37,871 nucleotides of DNA from a virus (IMGVR_UViG_3300021124_000013:1-37871); one strand, 5' to 3'. Positions 1-8,038 are shown, counted from the stretch's first letter. The notes: generated by a model not told the origin, from the sequence alone. Numbers and translations: made by a program.

Positions 1-99
1 CTCATGGCTAGCCGTAACAGTTGAACTCATCATTGGCATTGCCATGATTGGGCAGACCAAGCGTGATGCACAGATTATCCGCCACATTCTTAAGTTAGA
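1..99. repeat. Terminal direct repeat, identical to 37773-37871 (circular assembly overlap)
   Basis: CTCATGGCTAGCC...CTTAAGTTAGA occurs at both ends and an ORF reads through the junction; 99 nt is a common assembler k-mer size. Confidence 0.95.
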
Positions 100-154
100 A
101 AAACAAGAGATTGAACACCTAGAAGATCTTATTGAAGATATGGAAACAGAGTGA
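1..154 (+). CDS. 3' part of a DUF1003-like membrane protein that starts at 37579 and crosses the contig junction
   Basis: Frame reads ...SWLAVTVELIIGIAMIGQTKRDAQIIRHILKLEKQEIEHLEDLIEDMETE*; stop TGA 152-154 overlaps the endolysin GTG (GTGA). Confidence 0.8.
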   Translation, partial: SWLAVTVELIIGIAMIGQTKRDAQIIRHILKLEKQEIEHLEDLIEDMETE

Positions 155-624
155 GCACACAAGCATTAGCAGTAATAACAGCAGCTAAGTCACAGGTTGG
201 CTACAAAGAAGGCACCAACAACGACAACAAGTTTGGCGTTTGGTATGGCATGAACCACGAATCATGGTGCGCCATGTTTGTATCGTGGTGCTTTGACCAA
301 GCCCATGCACTGCCTGCCCTTGAGAAGTTTGCTTACTGCCCAGCCCTAGAGTCATGGGCGCATAGCAAGGGCATGATTGTTCCTATTGCACAGGTACAGG
401 CAGGGGATGTACTTCTCTTTGACTGGAACCACACAGGCGTAGCCGAACACACAGGTATTGCTACGGGTCCAATTGACCCGCACACCCATCTTCTGCCAAC
501 GATTGAAGGCAATACAGGCCCTGATCACATCGGGGTTAACCAGTCTAACGGTGATGGCGTTTATGCCAAGGTCCGTTATCCGGGTCTAGTCCGTGCTGTC
601 ATCCGCCCTAAGTGGACGGCGTAG
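151..624 (+). CDS. Endolysin, CHAP-type cysteine/histidine amidase
   Basis: SQVGYKEG..NDNKFGVWYG, WCAMFVSWC (catalytic Cys), GDVLLFDW, HTGI (His), TIEGNT; lies in the lysis cassette. Confidence 0.9.
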   Translation: MSTQALAVITAAKSQVGYKEGTNNDNKFGVWYGMNHESWCAMFVSWCFDQAHALPALEKFAYCPALESWAHSKGMIVPIAQVQAGDVLLFDWNHTGVAEHTGIATGPIDPHTHLLPTIEGNTGPDHIGVNQSNGDGVYAKVRYPGLVRAVIRPKWTA

Positions 625-764
625 TGGACGAAGATCTACCTGAGTACAGAATCTATCAACACGCTAGTTGCTACCGCTGCCAAGCCGTAGGTGCTGTACT
701 CTATAGAGGCTGGGTCTTTTACTGCCCGGCTTGTCATAAACAAATGCTCAAGGAAGAAGGATAA
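624..764 (+). CDS. 46-aa CxxC-CxxC zinc-finger microprotein (not in ORF track)
   Basis: GTG overlaps the endolysin TAG; MDEDLPEYRIYQHASCYRCQAVGAVLYRGWVFYCPACHKQMLKEEG*; stop abuts the next ATG. Confidence 0.7.
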   Translation: MDEDLPEYRIYQHASCYRCQAVGAVLYRGWVFYCPACHKQMLKEEG

Positions 765-1046
765 ATGAATCGATTCAATGTCTCTCCAAAGGTATGGACA
801 GTCTTCTCAGTTTACGCCCATACATTTATTGGTGCTGTTACTGCCTGCTATATGCTAGGCAACCACACACCAAAGGCTCTCGTTGATGCCGGCATCGCAG
901 CAATCTTGCCAGTCATCTTGCGTTGGGCTAACCCAGCAGACCAGTTCCCTGCTCCACAGGTATCACTTGCTACTGCTACTGCGGTAGTTAATACTCCTGC
1001 GGCTCCAGTAGTGGCAACACCTGCTACACCAGCACCTACCGCATAG
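765..1046 (+). CDS. Putative holin with Pro/Ala/Thr-rich tail
   Basis: Two hydrophobic segments and a 'PVILRWANPAD' motif of the kind seen in actinophage holins; follows the endolysin; SD GAAGGA. Confidence 0.7.
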   Translation: MNRFNVSPKVWTVFSVYAHTFIGAVTACYMLGNHTPKALVDAGIAAILPVILRWANPADQFPAPQVSLATATAVVNTPAAPVVATPATPAPTA

Positions 1047-1080
1047 CCTTTAAACGGCTTCTAAGGCCCCTCTGAGGCAC

Positions 1081-1128
1081 GAAACCCCCCGACCTAGTAT
1101 CTTTACTAGGGAAGGGGGTTCTTTTTTA
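1081..1128 (+). terminator. Intrinsic terminator between the convergent arms
   Basis: AACCCCC..CCTAGTA-tctt-TACTAGG..GGGGGTT followed by CTTTTTT. Confidence 0.85.
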
Positions 1129-1152
1129 TTTGTCTATAATTTCGATTTGACT

Positions 1153-1416
1153 TTACCTGTACTGTACAGTAAGATCGTCCCTTGTGGGGGCGATCTTCTG
1201 CCTACCTTTACGTATATGCTGCCTCTGTCTGGTGGTAGTACCTCCCCAGAACCCTTGGATTTCTGGAATGGACACCGCAAAGGTGGCACATTCTATCTTT
1301 ACCGTGCAATTAGCACAGGTCTTTTTAACTGCATCATCTACTTGTCCTTTTTCAACAAAGAATAATTCGACATCTAGTCCAGCACAGTTAGCACTGGCTC
1401 TCCAGTCTTCGCTCAC
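1153..1416 (-). CDS. whiB: WhiB-family Fe-S transcription factor
   Basis: W..A.C.G.D.ELFF, CANC, EC...A, GFWGGTT and a basic tail; four conserved Cys. Confidence 0.95.
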   Translation of the reverse strand: MSEDWRASANCAGLDVELFFVEKGQVDDAVKKTCANCTVKIECATFAVSIPEIQGFWGGTTTRQRQHIRKGRQKIAPTRDDLTVQYR

Positions 1417-1529
1417 AAATGCGTCCTATGACCGCACTTAGTACACTCAACCTTCCAGAAGTTTTCCTTAACAGTTACCACTATCCAGCGGTAATTCTTG
1501 CAGAAGAAGTAATGTTTTAATCGCTTCAC
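1413..1529 (-). CDS. 38-aa Zn-ribbon-like microprotein (not in ORF track)
   Basis: MKRLKHYFFCKNYRWIVVTVKENFWKVECTKCGHRTHL*; SD GGAGG upstream; GTGA overlap with whiB. Confidence 0.65.
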   Translation of the reverse strand: MKRLKHYFFCKNYRWIVVTVKENFWKVECTKCGHRTHL

Positions 1530-1697
1530 TTATCCTCCAGTTGAGTAGAACCCGCCGGTCTTAAAGTGCACCGGTGTAGAGGACCATACCTTAGTCATAG
1601 ACTCACCGCAACAGACAGGGACAGCATCATCTCCAAAGGATTTAGTTATCTCTTGTTGCCCACCGCAAACGGTGCAGCGATAGTCATATCTAGGCAC
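1530..1697 (-). CDS. FmdB-family zinc-ribbon protein
   Basis: MPRYDYRCTVCG...CCG..M.KVWS...VHFKTGGFYSTGG; GTG start at 1697. Confidence 0.85.
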   Translation of the reverse strand: MPRYDYRCTVCGGQQEITKSFGDDAVPVCCGESMTKVWSSTPVHFKTGGFYSTGG

Positions 1698-1878
1698 AGT
1701 CCATTTCCTTGTCAATAGGGGTGGGAGCCGTGGTTACTGTTCCGCATTCATAACAAGTTTGAGACAAGTCATACCAACCAGGTAACCTTGTCTCCTCATC
1801 CCACATAAGATTTACCTGAAATATCTTAGACCCACATATACAGGCAAAAGTAGGGATACCCCTAAGATCATTCGTCAT
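1690..1878 (-). CDS. Small Zn-binding hypothetical protein
   Basis: CICGS...CYECG; overlaps both neighbours. Confidence 0.75.
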   Translation of the reverse strand: MTNDLRGIPTFACICGSKIFQVNLMWDEETRLPGWYDLSQTCYECGTVTTAPTPIDKEMDCA

Positions 1879-2596
1879 CTAAGTCAGCCAACTCTTGTAA
1901 GCGATCTTCTTCTTGTTGCTTTTGAGCAGCCCAGAACATGTCATAGAATGCCTTGTCATAAGAAAAACGTTTCATATGTTGAACCGTTGCTCCTGTGTGT
2001 GCATAGAGTGGAACGTCTGCTTCTTTCATAAGGCGGAAAAAGTTAATGTCCTCTGATACGAACTGTTCGCCTACTCCAGTTTCATTAAAGAATGGAACAG
2101 AACCATACTTTTCACGCATTTTAGTTGCTGCATTACGATGCATAAACAAAAAGCCAAATCCAGCAGCGCCCACTTTGGCTAGTGCATTGACTGGTAATGG
2201 ATGAACGTAAGCCAACTTATAAGGATCATCAGTAAAGTTAAACAAAGCAGGGAATGGAGTCATCAATGCCTGCTCATTTTCCTTAGATACAAAGTAAGTG
2301 CCTGTCACTACTGGCTTAGTCGTAGGGTCACACTCATTCCAGACTGCACTCAGAGCTTGTTCAGTAAGAACAATGTCACTATCTACCCAAAGAATCCAGT
2401 TAAAGTCTGTGTGATCGTACCAAAAGTCAAAGGCATTCTGCCTTTGTCTGCCGATCTGATTGCCTTGTACTCGCATGGCAGATCTAATAGGCACATCAGA
2501 TGTAAGTACTGAATAGATTAACCCTTCGGTAAACTTGCCATCAGTAGTGCCGTTGTCGCACCAACAAACAATGACATCATCATTCTTCTGTGTCAT
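1868..2596 (-). CDS. GT-A fold (family 2-like) glycosyltransferase
   Basis: IGRQRQNAF, ILWVDSDIV (DxD), AAGFGFLFM, SEDINFF, HTGATVQH; start probably 2596. Confidence 0.85.
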   Translation of the reverse strand: MTQKNDDVIVCWCDNGTTDGKFTEGLIYSVLTSDVPIRSAMRVQGNQIGRQRQNAFDFWYDHTDFNWILWVDSDIVLTEQALSAVWNECDPTTKPVVTGTYFVSKENEQALMTPFPALFNFTDDPYKLAYVHPLPVNALAKVGAAGFGFLFMHRNAATKMREKYGSVPFFNETGVGEQFVSEDINFFRLMKEADVPLYAHTGATVQHMKRFSYDKAFYDMFWAAQKQQEEDRLQELADLDDE

Positions 2597-3248
2597 CAAC
2601 TGGCGCTTCTGTGCTCTGTTCGGTGGTGTCTTCGTCATGGTAGGGTCTCCATCCTCCAATAGATTGAATCAATGATGTCATTGCACGTTGAACTTTCATA
2701 CGCGCACCATCTAACGTAGTATCTAACTCCTCAGCAACTCTTGCCCAAGGTGCATCTGGATCGCTAAAACGTAGGCGTAGTATGTTTTGCTTGGCTTCGG
2801 ATAGCCGGTAGTAACCCCGAGCAATATCTGAGCGCAATCCTAGCCAGTTCATGCCATCATTGATTTCACTTGACTTAGTTTGACTACCCAAGTCTTTAAG
2901 TTTAGATGGCATCTCATATGACTCAGCAATAATTGTAGGCAAAAAAACTTCAACTACTGCTGCGTTGTAGTAATACACGTCAGCAATATCGTAACCACCT
3001 TTACGTGCCTTTTCTTTTTCGCAATACTTTAAACACTGGTTGCGCAAAGACTTAGCAATAAGTTTGTCTCTGTCTTTTGATTCATGCGTTGACCACTCTT
3101 TAAACTTCTTAGGGTGTGACACAAACCACAGATACATCTCTTGTTGTAGATCATCTAGTTCAACCATAGGATATTTGCGTTTATAATCCGAGGCTATTCG
3201 AATCATCATGTCTTTATACTCTAGCCATTCATCAATGGAATATTTCAT
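2580..3248 (-). CDS. Phage sigma-70/ECF-like RNA polymerase sigma factor
   Basis: Region 2-like 'IASDYKRKYPMVELDDLQQEMYLWF' and region 4 HTH 'LSEAKQNILRLRF...VAEELDTT...RMKVQRAM'. Confidence 0.8.
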   Translation of the reverse strand: MKYSIDEWLEYKDMMIRIASDYKRKYPMVELDDLQQEMYLWFVSHPKKFKEWSTHESKDRDKLIAKSLRNQCLKYCEKEKARKGGYDIADVYYYNAAVVEVFLPTIIAESYEMPSKLKDLGSQTKSSEINDGMNWLGLRSDIARGYYRLSEAKQNILRLRFSDPDAPWARVAEELDTTLDGARMKVQRAMTSLIQSIGGWRPYHDEDTTEQSTEAPVDDTEE

Positions 3249-3985
3249 GGAAGATTAATGTCCCCATTAATGATAGGCACAGCATAAGGGGTTACCTTGC
3301 GGTCGTCTTCGACTAAGATACCTATCCCTTGGTGCCAGTTAGCGACACCGCTGGCTAAGTAAGTGGCTTGTTTCATATCCATAAGGTGTCCTACTTCTAA
3401 ACCAAAGACACTTTTGTTCTTGCCATACAAACCTGTGGTCTCATGTTGCAGACCAAGTTTGTGCGTGTGACCACAGACTACAGACTTGCCAAGTTTCTTG
3501 GCTAGGCTTAGGGCTGTTGAACCCGGTACCTGCACTGCTCGGCCCTCGTCTCCATGAGCCATTACCCAGCCAGGTAACAACTCTTTGAACTTGTGCAGGT
3601 ACTGGATGTCTAAAGAAGTATACCCCAGTAGTTCTTCAATCTCTAACGAGCGGAGACTGCCGAACGCTGGGGCATACTTACGGATGTAAGTCTGGATCCT
3701 ATCGGTATGATTGGATCGCTGGATAATAAATGGCTTACCTTTACCGAGCGCCGCTCGAAAGTCAGCCATAATTTCGTGGGTTAAATCAATAGAGCTTTGT
3801 AGTGTTGGTGCAAATTCTCCTGCTAATCCTTTGTTCCAACGACTAGGTTCTGGTGCATCAAGTTCATCACCCACGCACCACAACTGGGTGGGTTTGTACT
3901 CCTTGATAAAGTCCACGACTGTCGTCAACGAATTTTTGTCGTGGTACGGAATCTGTAGGTCTGATAGGACTACTACTCTTTCCAT
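3245..3985 (-). CDS. Calcineurin-like metallophosphoesterase
   Basis: SDLQIPYHD, VGDELD, SNH, HGD and GHTH motifs. Confidence 0.9.
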   Translation of the reverse strand: MERVVVLSDLQIPYHDKNSLTTVVDFIKEYKPTQLWCVGDELDAPEPSRWNKGLAGEFAPTLQSSIDLTHEIMADFRAALGKGKPFIIQRSNHTDRIQTYIRKYAPAFGSLRSLEIEELLGYTSLDIQYLHKFKELLPGWVMAHGDEGRAVQVPGSTALSLAKKLGKSVVCGHTHKLGLQHETTGLYGKNKSVFGLEVGHLMDMKQATYLASGVANWHQGIGILVEDDRKVTPYAVPIINGDINLP

Positions 3986-4265
3986 TTGGCAAGCCTTCCC
4001 ACTGTCCACTTTGGACTAGTATGCCTATTATGGCATAGTTTGCTAAGTCAATGAAGGTATCTCTAAGACTTTCGTAGTTGGGCGTGTCGTTATTCGTGTC
4101 AACCAGGTGACTGAACCGTTGAAGTTTGTCAAACATTCTAACTCGTAGACCATTATAAGGTCCGCCTGGAGCGAGTGATATGTTAAGCGGACCGTAGTCT
4201 TGCTGCTTTTTAAGTAGGATTCCTTTGAGTTCTGCAAGGATGACATCGATCTCATTCTCCTTCAT
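3867..4265 (-). CDS. DUF1599 / nucleotide-modification-associated domain 1 (Nmad1)-like protein
   Basis: KKQQDYG, GLRVRMFDKLQR, ESLRDTFIDLANYAII. Confidence 0.85.
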   Translation of the reverse strand: MKENEIDVILAELKGILLKKQQDYGPLNISLAPGGPYNGLRVRMFDKLQRFSHLVDTNNDTPNYESLRDTFIDLANYAIIGILVQSGQWEGLPNGKSSSPIRPTDSVPRQKFVDDSRGLYQGVQTHPVVVRG

Positions 4266-4563
4266 TGTCTAGTACTTCCTTTACTTGTAGTTCAAAGTTC
4301 TTCATAGACTCACGGACTTGTAGTTCTTTCCAGACGGTCTCGGCATGCCCCATAGGGGCAGCCACTAGCAGGGCTGCTAGTCCGATAAGGAGTTCTTGCC
4401 CTTCTTTAGGCTCGGTCTTGCTGACAAAATAAATATCATACAAAGCGCCAAGAAGATCCAGCGTCTTAGTTTCCGAAACATTGATCCCAATACTACCCTC
4501 CATGTGTTCAATGTGTTCCCATATACTTTCATCAAGCGGCAATACAATTTCTGATTCGCTCAT
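4252..4563 (-). CDS. Hypothetical acidic protein
   Basis: 103-aa ORF coupled to both neighbours. Confidence 0.7.
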   Translation of the reverse strand: MSESEIVLPLDESIWEHIEHMEGSIGINVSETKTLDLLGALYDIYFVSKTEPKEGQELLIGLAALLVAAPMGHAETVWKELQVRESMKNFELQVKEVLDNEGE

Positions 4564-5161
4564 CGATCCACTCTTTCCCTAGTTTAATGATGACGCTGTT
4601 TACGTCTTCACCTTCTGGCATTGTTATTACATTGGCATTAGGTAGTTCACGAACTATCTTCTTGCCAAACTCAGCACCTGCATTGTCCCCATCAGCAAGG
4701 ACGATAACCATATCAAAGTCATCTAAGATTCTACTGTAATGTGGCTTCCAGTTATTAGCACCTGGTATACCTATCGTTGGATGCGGTGTCTTGACACCCA
4801 TCATGATTGCATCAAACTCACCTTCAGTTACACAGATGTATTTGCTTGCAGCAAAACAAGCCTGAGTATTAAACATTGTAGTCTTAGCACCCATCATGCC
4901 CATGTACTTAGGCTCTTCATTGTGCATCGCACGAAACCTAATATCTACTACACCACTAGGCGTAACATAAGGAATAGCAACTCTGCCTAGAAATTGTTCA
5001 TGACCCGGAAGAGGATCTACGACCACTCCCAAGTGAAACATTCGAGCCTCGTCTACCGAGATTTGCCTTGTTAATAGATACGCCTCGGCTTGGTCTATGT
5101 GCAGAGCGTACTGCTGGGTTGCCCGTAGTAGAAATTGTCGATGCGAATTCGATAGCCTCAA
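4532..5161 (-). CDS. DNA primase, TOPRIM subunit
   Basis: GRVAIPY, IRFR, PKY, VTEGEFD, ADGDNAG, EDVN. Confidence 0.9.
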   Translation of the reverse strand: MRLSNSHRQFLLRATQQYALHIDQAEAYLLTRQISVDEARMFHLGVVVDPLPGHEQFLGRVAIPYVTPSGVVDIRFRAMHNEEPKYMGMMGAKTTMFNTQACFAASKYICVTEGEFDAIMMGVKTPHPTIGIPGANNWKPHYSRILDDFDMVIVLADGDNAGAEFGKKIVRELPNANVITMPEGEDVNSVIIKLGKEWIDERIRNCIAA

Positions 5162-5375
5162 TTAATGTACCGCCTCTCTCTTTAATTATTAGATCGTATG
5201 TATCACCTGCTACGCCACAACCAAAGCAGTTAAACCTGTTAATGTCATAGTTAACTGCAGCACTAGCGTTACTGTCATCGTGGAATGGACAGCGCATCTT
5301 GCGCCATCCACTGCCTCTAGCAGGAATAGTAGCACCAATATGGTTTAGGTAATCTTCAATGCTGTGTTTGTCCAA
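4998..5375 (-). CDS. DNA primase, CHC2 zinc-finger subunit
   Basis: CPFHDD..SA.VN....FNCFGCG..GD; the C-terminal tail overlaps the TOPRIM ORF in another frame. Confidence 0.9.
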   Translation of the reverse strand: MDKHSIEDYLNHIGATIPARGSGWRKMRCPFHDDSNASAAVNYDINRFNCFGCGVAGDTYDLIIKERGGTLIEAIEFASTISTTGNPAVRSAHRPSRGVSINKANLGRRGSNVSLGSGRRSSSGS

Positions 5376-5700
5376 GTGCTCTCCTTAATAAATCTACCCA
5401 TACATGTCCGGGCATAGTGCAGTACCAATCAGCAGGGCTTCCCCTACCCTTCCTTTTGTGCCACACTACACCTGTCCATGCGTTATCGTTAGCCATCTCG
5501 ACTAACAACTCTTCTGTCCAACCAGCCAAGTCCATCTTGGCATGGTTTTTAATCTCAATAGTAACACCAGGTATTCCACTAATGTCGCCTTTGTCTAACG
5601 TTGCACCAGCCAAACGTCTGTCTACATAAGGGAACCATTGCTTTAAGTATTTAACAATGTCCAGTTCGGCTTTGGATCCTTTTGCTTTGGCTGCAGTCAC
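5356..5700 (-). CDS. Hjc-like PD-(D/E)XK Holliday junction resolvase
   Basis: KAKG..AE, DKGDI, IEIKN. Confidence 0.85.
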   Translation of the reverse strand: MTAAKAKGSKAELDIVKYLKQWFPYVDRRLAGATLDKGDISGIPGVTIEIKNHAKMDLAGWTEELLVEMANDNAWTGVVWHKRKGRGSPADWYCTMPGHVWVDLLRRALGQTQH

Positions 5701-5834
5701 GCTAGTTCTTTCTCCATATCTAATTGATCTTGATGCTCAATAGTACATTTAGTACACACATAGATCTTGTACTCTAGGTACAAACGTTTGTGTAACTTCT
5801 TGTTAACTGCTGAGCACATGTTGCAACTGCTCAT
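5697..5834 (-). CDS. 45-aa CxxC-CxxC microprotein (not in ORF track)
   Basis: MSSCNMCSAVNKKLHKRLYLEYKIYVCTKCTIEHQDQLDMEKELA*; ATGA and GTGA overlaps at the two ends. Confidence 0.75.
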   Translation of the reverse strand: MSSCNMCSAVNKKLHKRLYLEYKIYVCTKCTIEHQDQLDMEKELA

Positions 5835-6664
5835 ACAACCATCATCTCCTGATCATAATTACTATTGTAATCTCTGATCACATCTTCTAAGTACATAGAA
5901 GCTGGGTCAAATGATAATTGAACGTACGTATTGCCTGTTTGATCTGCCTTACCATAGCGATTCTTTACTGGTGCTATACATAAGTAATAGTCTAATCCAG
6001 TAGGCAGTGGCATCTGACCCACAGTTAATACCATTGCTGGTACCTGCGCTACCTTACCTTGCAAAGCAGATCGTGGTTGGCATGGGTAGCCTTGCGATCC
6101 TTCTTGCGTATGGTGCAGCACTAGCACAGCAGCATTGGTATCTCTTGCAAGATACTTTAACTCCTTCATGATCTGTCGCATAGCAGAAAACTCTTCATGT
6201 CCATCCATTGCAATGTCCATTAAGTTGTCTACTACTATAAGTGTGGGGCTTCTACCCCACATAGTTTCGAAGGCAGCCACTTCCTCATCAAGATCTTTAA
6301 GTGTAGGGCTAGGTTCAAACGACCAATACAAATGGTTGTTCTCTGCAAGGATAGACTCGGCAGTATCAGGGCTGGTTTTCATCATGATCTCTGCTTGTTG
6401 CTGCGTCATCTTACCTGTCATGGCTAGCAATCTCATAGCCATTGTATGTGCATTGGTATCGGCTGAGAAGTACAACGTTGGTTGCTTTAAGCGGGCTGCA
6501 ATATGTAGTGCAACAGATGATTTACCAGCACCGGGTGTGCCAGCAATTACTGTAACCTCAGCACGGCGTATAACAATACCCGCCTTTTCAAAAGCCTGAA
6601 AGGGAGCCGGTAAAGGCTCCCCTCCAACTTCTGGTTTACGGATTGAACGTCGTAATGTTTTCAT
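5831..6664 (-). CDS. DnaB-like replicative helicase (motor domain only)
   Basis: Walker A GTPGAGKS, LYFSAD, Walker B IVVDNL, VLHH, VKNRYG. Confidence 0.9.
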   Translation of the reverse strand: MKTLRRSIRKPEVGGEPLPAPFQAFEKAGIVIRRAEVTVIAGTPGAGKSSVALHIAARLKQPTLYFSADTNAHTMAMRLLAMTGKMTQQQAEIMMKTSPDTAESILAENNHLYWSFEPSPTLKDLDEEVAAFETMWGRSPTLIVVDNLMDIAMDGHEEFSAMRQIMKELKYLARDTNAAVLVLHHTQEGSQGYPCQPRSALQGKVAQVPAMVLTVGQMPLPTGLDYYLCIAPVKNRYGKADQTGNTYVQLSFDPASMYLEDVIRDYNSNYDQEMMVV

Positions 6665-7113
6665 TACTTCATGCGCTCAGGTACGAACGTGTTCCATTCT
6701 GGGTTAGACTTATCAATGTAAATAGTCTTGCACTTAGATGGATCACCTTGCGCTGATGGACAGAAGTAACCTTTGTACACACCGCCCTGCTTGGATGCAC
6801 CCTGAATGCTGGTCATCTTTCCATGTGGACATGTGCGCCCCCCACCAATTGGGGCTGGGCTAAAAGGTGGTGTATCTTGCTGGATAACTTGACCACCTAA
6901 TGACTGGGCAATCAAGTTAGATGCCTGTGTTAATGGGGCAGCCTGTGTCCCACGTACTGCAGACTCAAGCTCAGTTACTGCTGAACTAATAGCAGCGAGT
7001 GCATTAGCCACAATACTGTCTAAGCCCTCGCCTGATTCAGCACGTACAGTAACAAGACTACCAACTGGTGTTTTGACTGTGATGCTGATAGGTGCTTCTG
7101 TGCTACTCATCAT
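6664..7113 (-). CDS. Replication-region protein with C-terminal Zn motif
   Basis: CPHG.M......KQGGVYKGYFC......C; sits between nuclease and helicase, as in other actinophages. Confidence 0.75.
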   Translation of the reverse strand: MMSSTEAPISITVKTPVGSLVTVRAESGEGLDSIVANALAAISSAVTELESAVRGTQAAPLTQASNLIAQSLGGQVIQQDTPPFSPAPIGGGRTCPHGKMTSIQGASKQGGVYKGYFCPSAQGDPSKCKTIYIDKSNPEWNTFVPERMK

Positions 7114-7729
7114 TCTCCTTTGGTTGTTGGAACCACGTACAATGCATGGTCAGTCCACACATCTTACAGTGATCGAAGTTAGGAAGGAATATGTTTTCCT
7201 TTCTAGCCTTGTCGAACATACGAACAAGCGTTTCGATCTTGCTGTCATCGTAGTCAGCAAGATCGAACGCATCAGACAACTCACCCTTACGAGCCATCCA
7301 ATAGTATCCTTTAGTTGCATTGATACCATAGATCTTACGTAGCCCATAAGAATAAAACGCCAACTGCAATGCAGATGTAGGCGTAGTCTTGCCTGTCTTT
7401 AGATCGACAATAATATATTCACCAGTTGTAGTATCTAGCATTACACGATCAAGAAACATCTTGACAGTAATGTCATCAACAACTGGATTCATTTCAAGTT
7501 CAATGCCTAGTTCACCGGTATGTGTAATAGCCATTGTTAAGTGGGGGTTAGCCTGGCGCCAATCAATCCATCGTTCATAAAACTTGTAGCCATTAGTGAA
7601 CCACCAGTCTTCATCTTCTGGATTGCGTCGAGGTGATGCTACTCGCCAGCCAGTCTTATCGCCTGCATATTCAGGGCGTTCTTTGGCAGTTTCATCCCAC
7701 CATTTTTTCCACTCTGTTAATAGACTCAT
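7103..7729 (-). CDS. Cas4/RecB-like PD-(D/E)XK exonuclease, C-terminal part
   Basis: IELE, LDRV, IVDLKTG, QLAFY and C-terminal CKMC.....C. Confidence 0.9.
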   Translation of the reverse strand: MSLLTEWKKWWDETAKERPEYAGDKTGWRVASPRRNPEDEDWWFTNGYKFYERWIDWRQANPHLTMAITHTGELGIELEMNPVVDDITVKMFLDRVMLDTTTGEYIIVDLKTGKTTPTSALQLAFYSYGLRKIYGINATKGYYWMARKGELSDAFDLADYDDSKIETLVRMFDKARKENIFLPNFDHCKMCGLTMHCTWFQQPKENDE

Positions 7730-7914
7730 GGATTCATCCGATCATATTCTTCGGCTGCACGGTGCACTGCACTGCCACCATAGAACCACCATGCCGGTGT
7801 CTCTTGCAGTTTCTTTACACGGTTAAGATAGTAGAGCCAACCACATGATAGCCATGTAGTTAAGGCTGAGTAAGATATATGACTTGGTATTTCGTGGTCG
7901 TCAATAGAGACCAT
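7726..7914 (-). CDS. Cas4/RecB-like exonuclease, N-terminal part
   Basis: HISYSALTTWLSCG..YYL...G.AVH.AAE; SD AAGGGAGAG; ATGA overlap with the C-terminal part. Confidence 0.85.
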   Translation of the reverse strand: MVSIDDHEIPSHISYSALTTWLSCGWLYYLNRVKKLQETPAWWFYGGSAVHRAAEEYDRMNP

Positions 7915-7918
7915 ACAA

Positions 7919-7978
7919 CTCTCCCTTGTTAAGGTCGAGAAGGTGGGAAAGGAGAGAGCCAAAACCCACCGTCTCAAC
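7919..7978 (-). ncRNA. Putative structured 5' leader: hairpin with anti-SD loop (possible pseudoknot)
   Basis: GUUGAGAcGGUGGG-UUUUGGCUCUCUCCUUU-CCCACCuUCUCGAC, followed 6 nt later by the SD AAGGGAGAG. Confidence 0.6.
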
Positions 7979-7984
7979 GTTGAT

Positions 7985-7995
7985 AGTGTACCACA
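7985..7995 (-). promoter_or_regulatory. Extended -10 promoter of the replication operon
   Basis: TGTGG-TACACT on the - strand, 6 nt before the first G of the leader hairpin. Confidence 0.65.
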
Positions 7996-8038
7996 AATAA
8001 TGGGTAAACGGAGGACACATTATCTGTAGTGCTATCGG

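Noticed and set aside
1530-1545. C-terminal GG of the FmdB-like protein as a ubiquitin/Pup-like tag for the amidoligase
   Set aside because: It follows the ordinary GFYST family motif, lacks Pup's terminal Q/E and is far from the ligase gene.
7103-7914. Cas4-like gene as evidence of CRISPR
   Set aside because: No repeat-spacer array or other cas genes; solo Cas4-like nucleases are common in phages.
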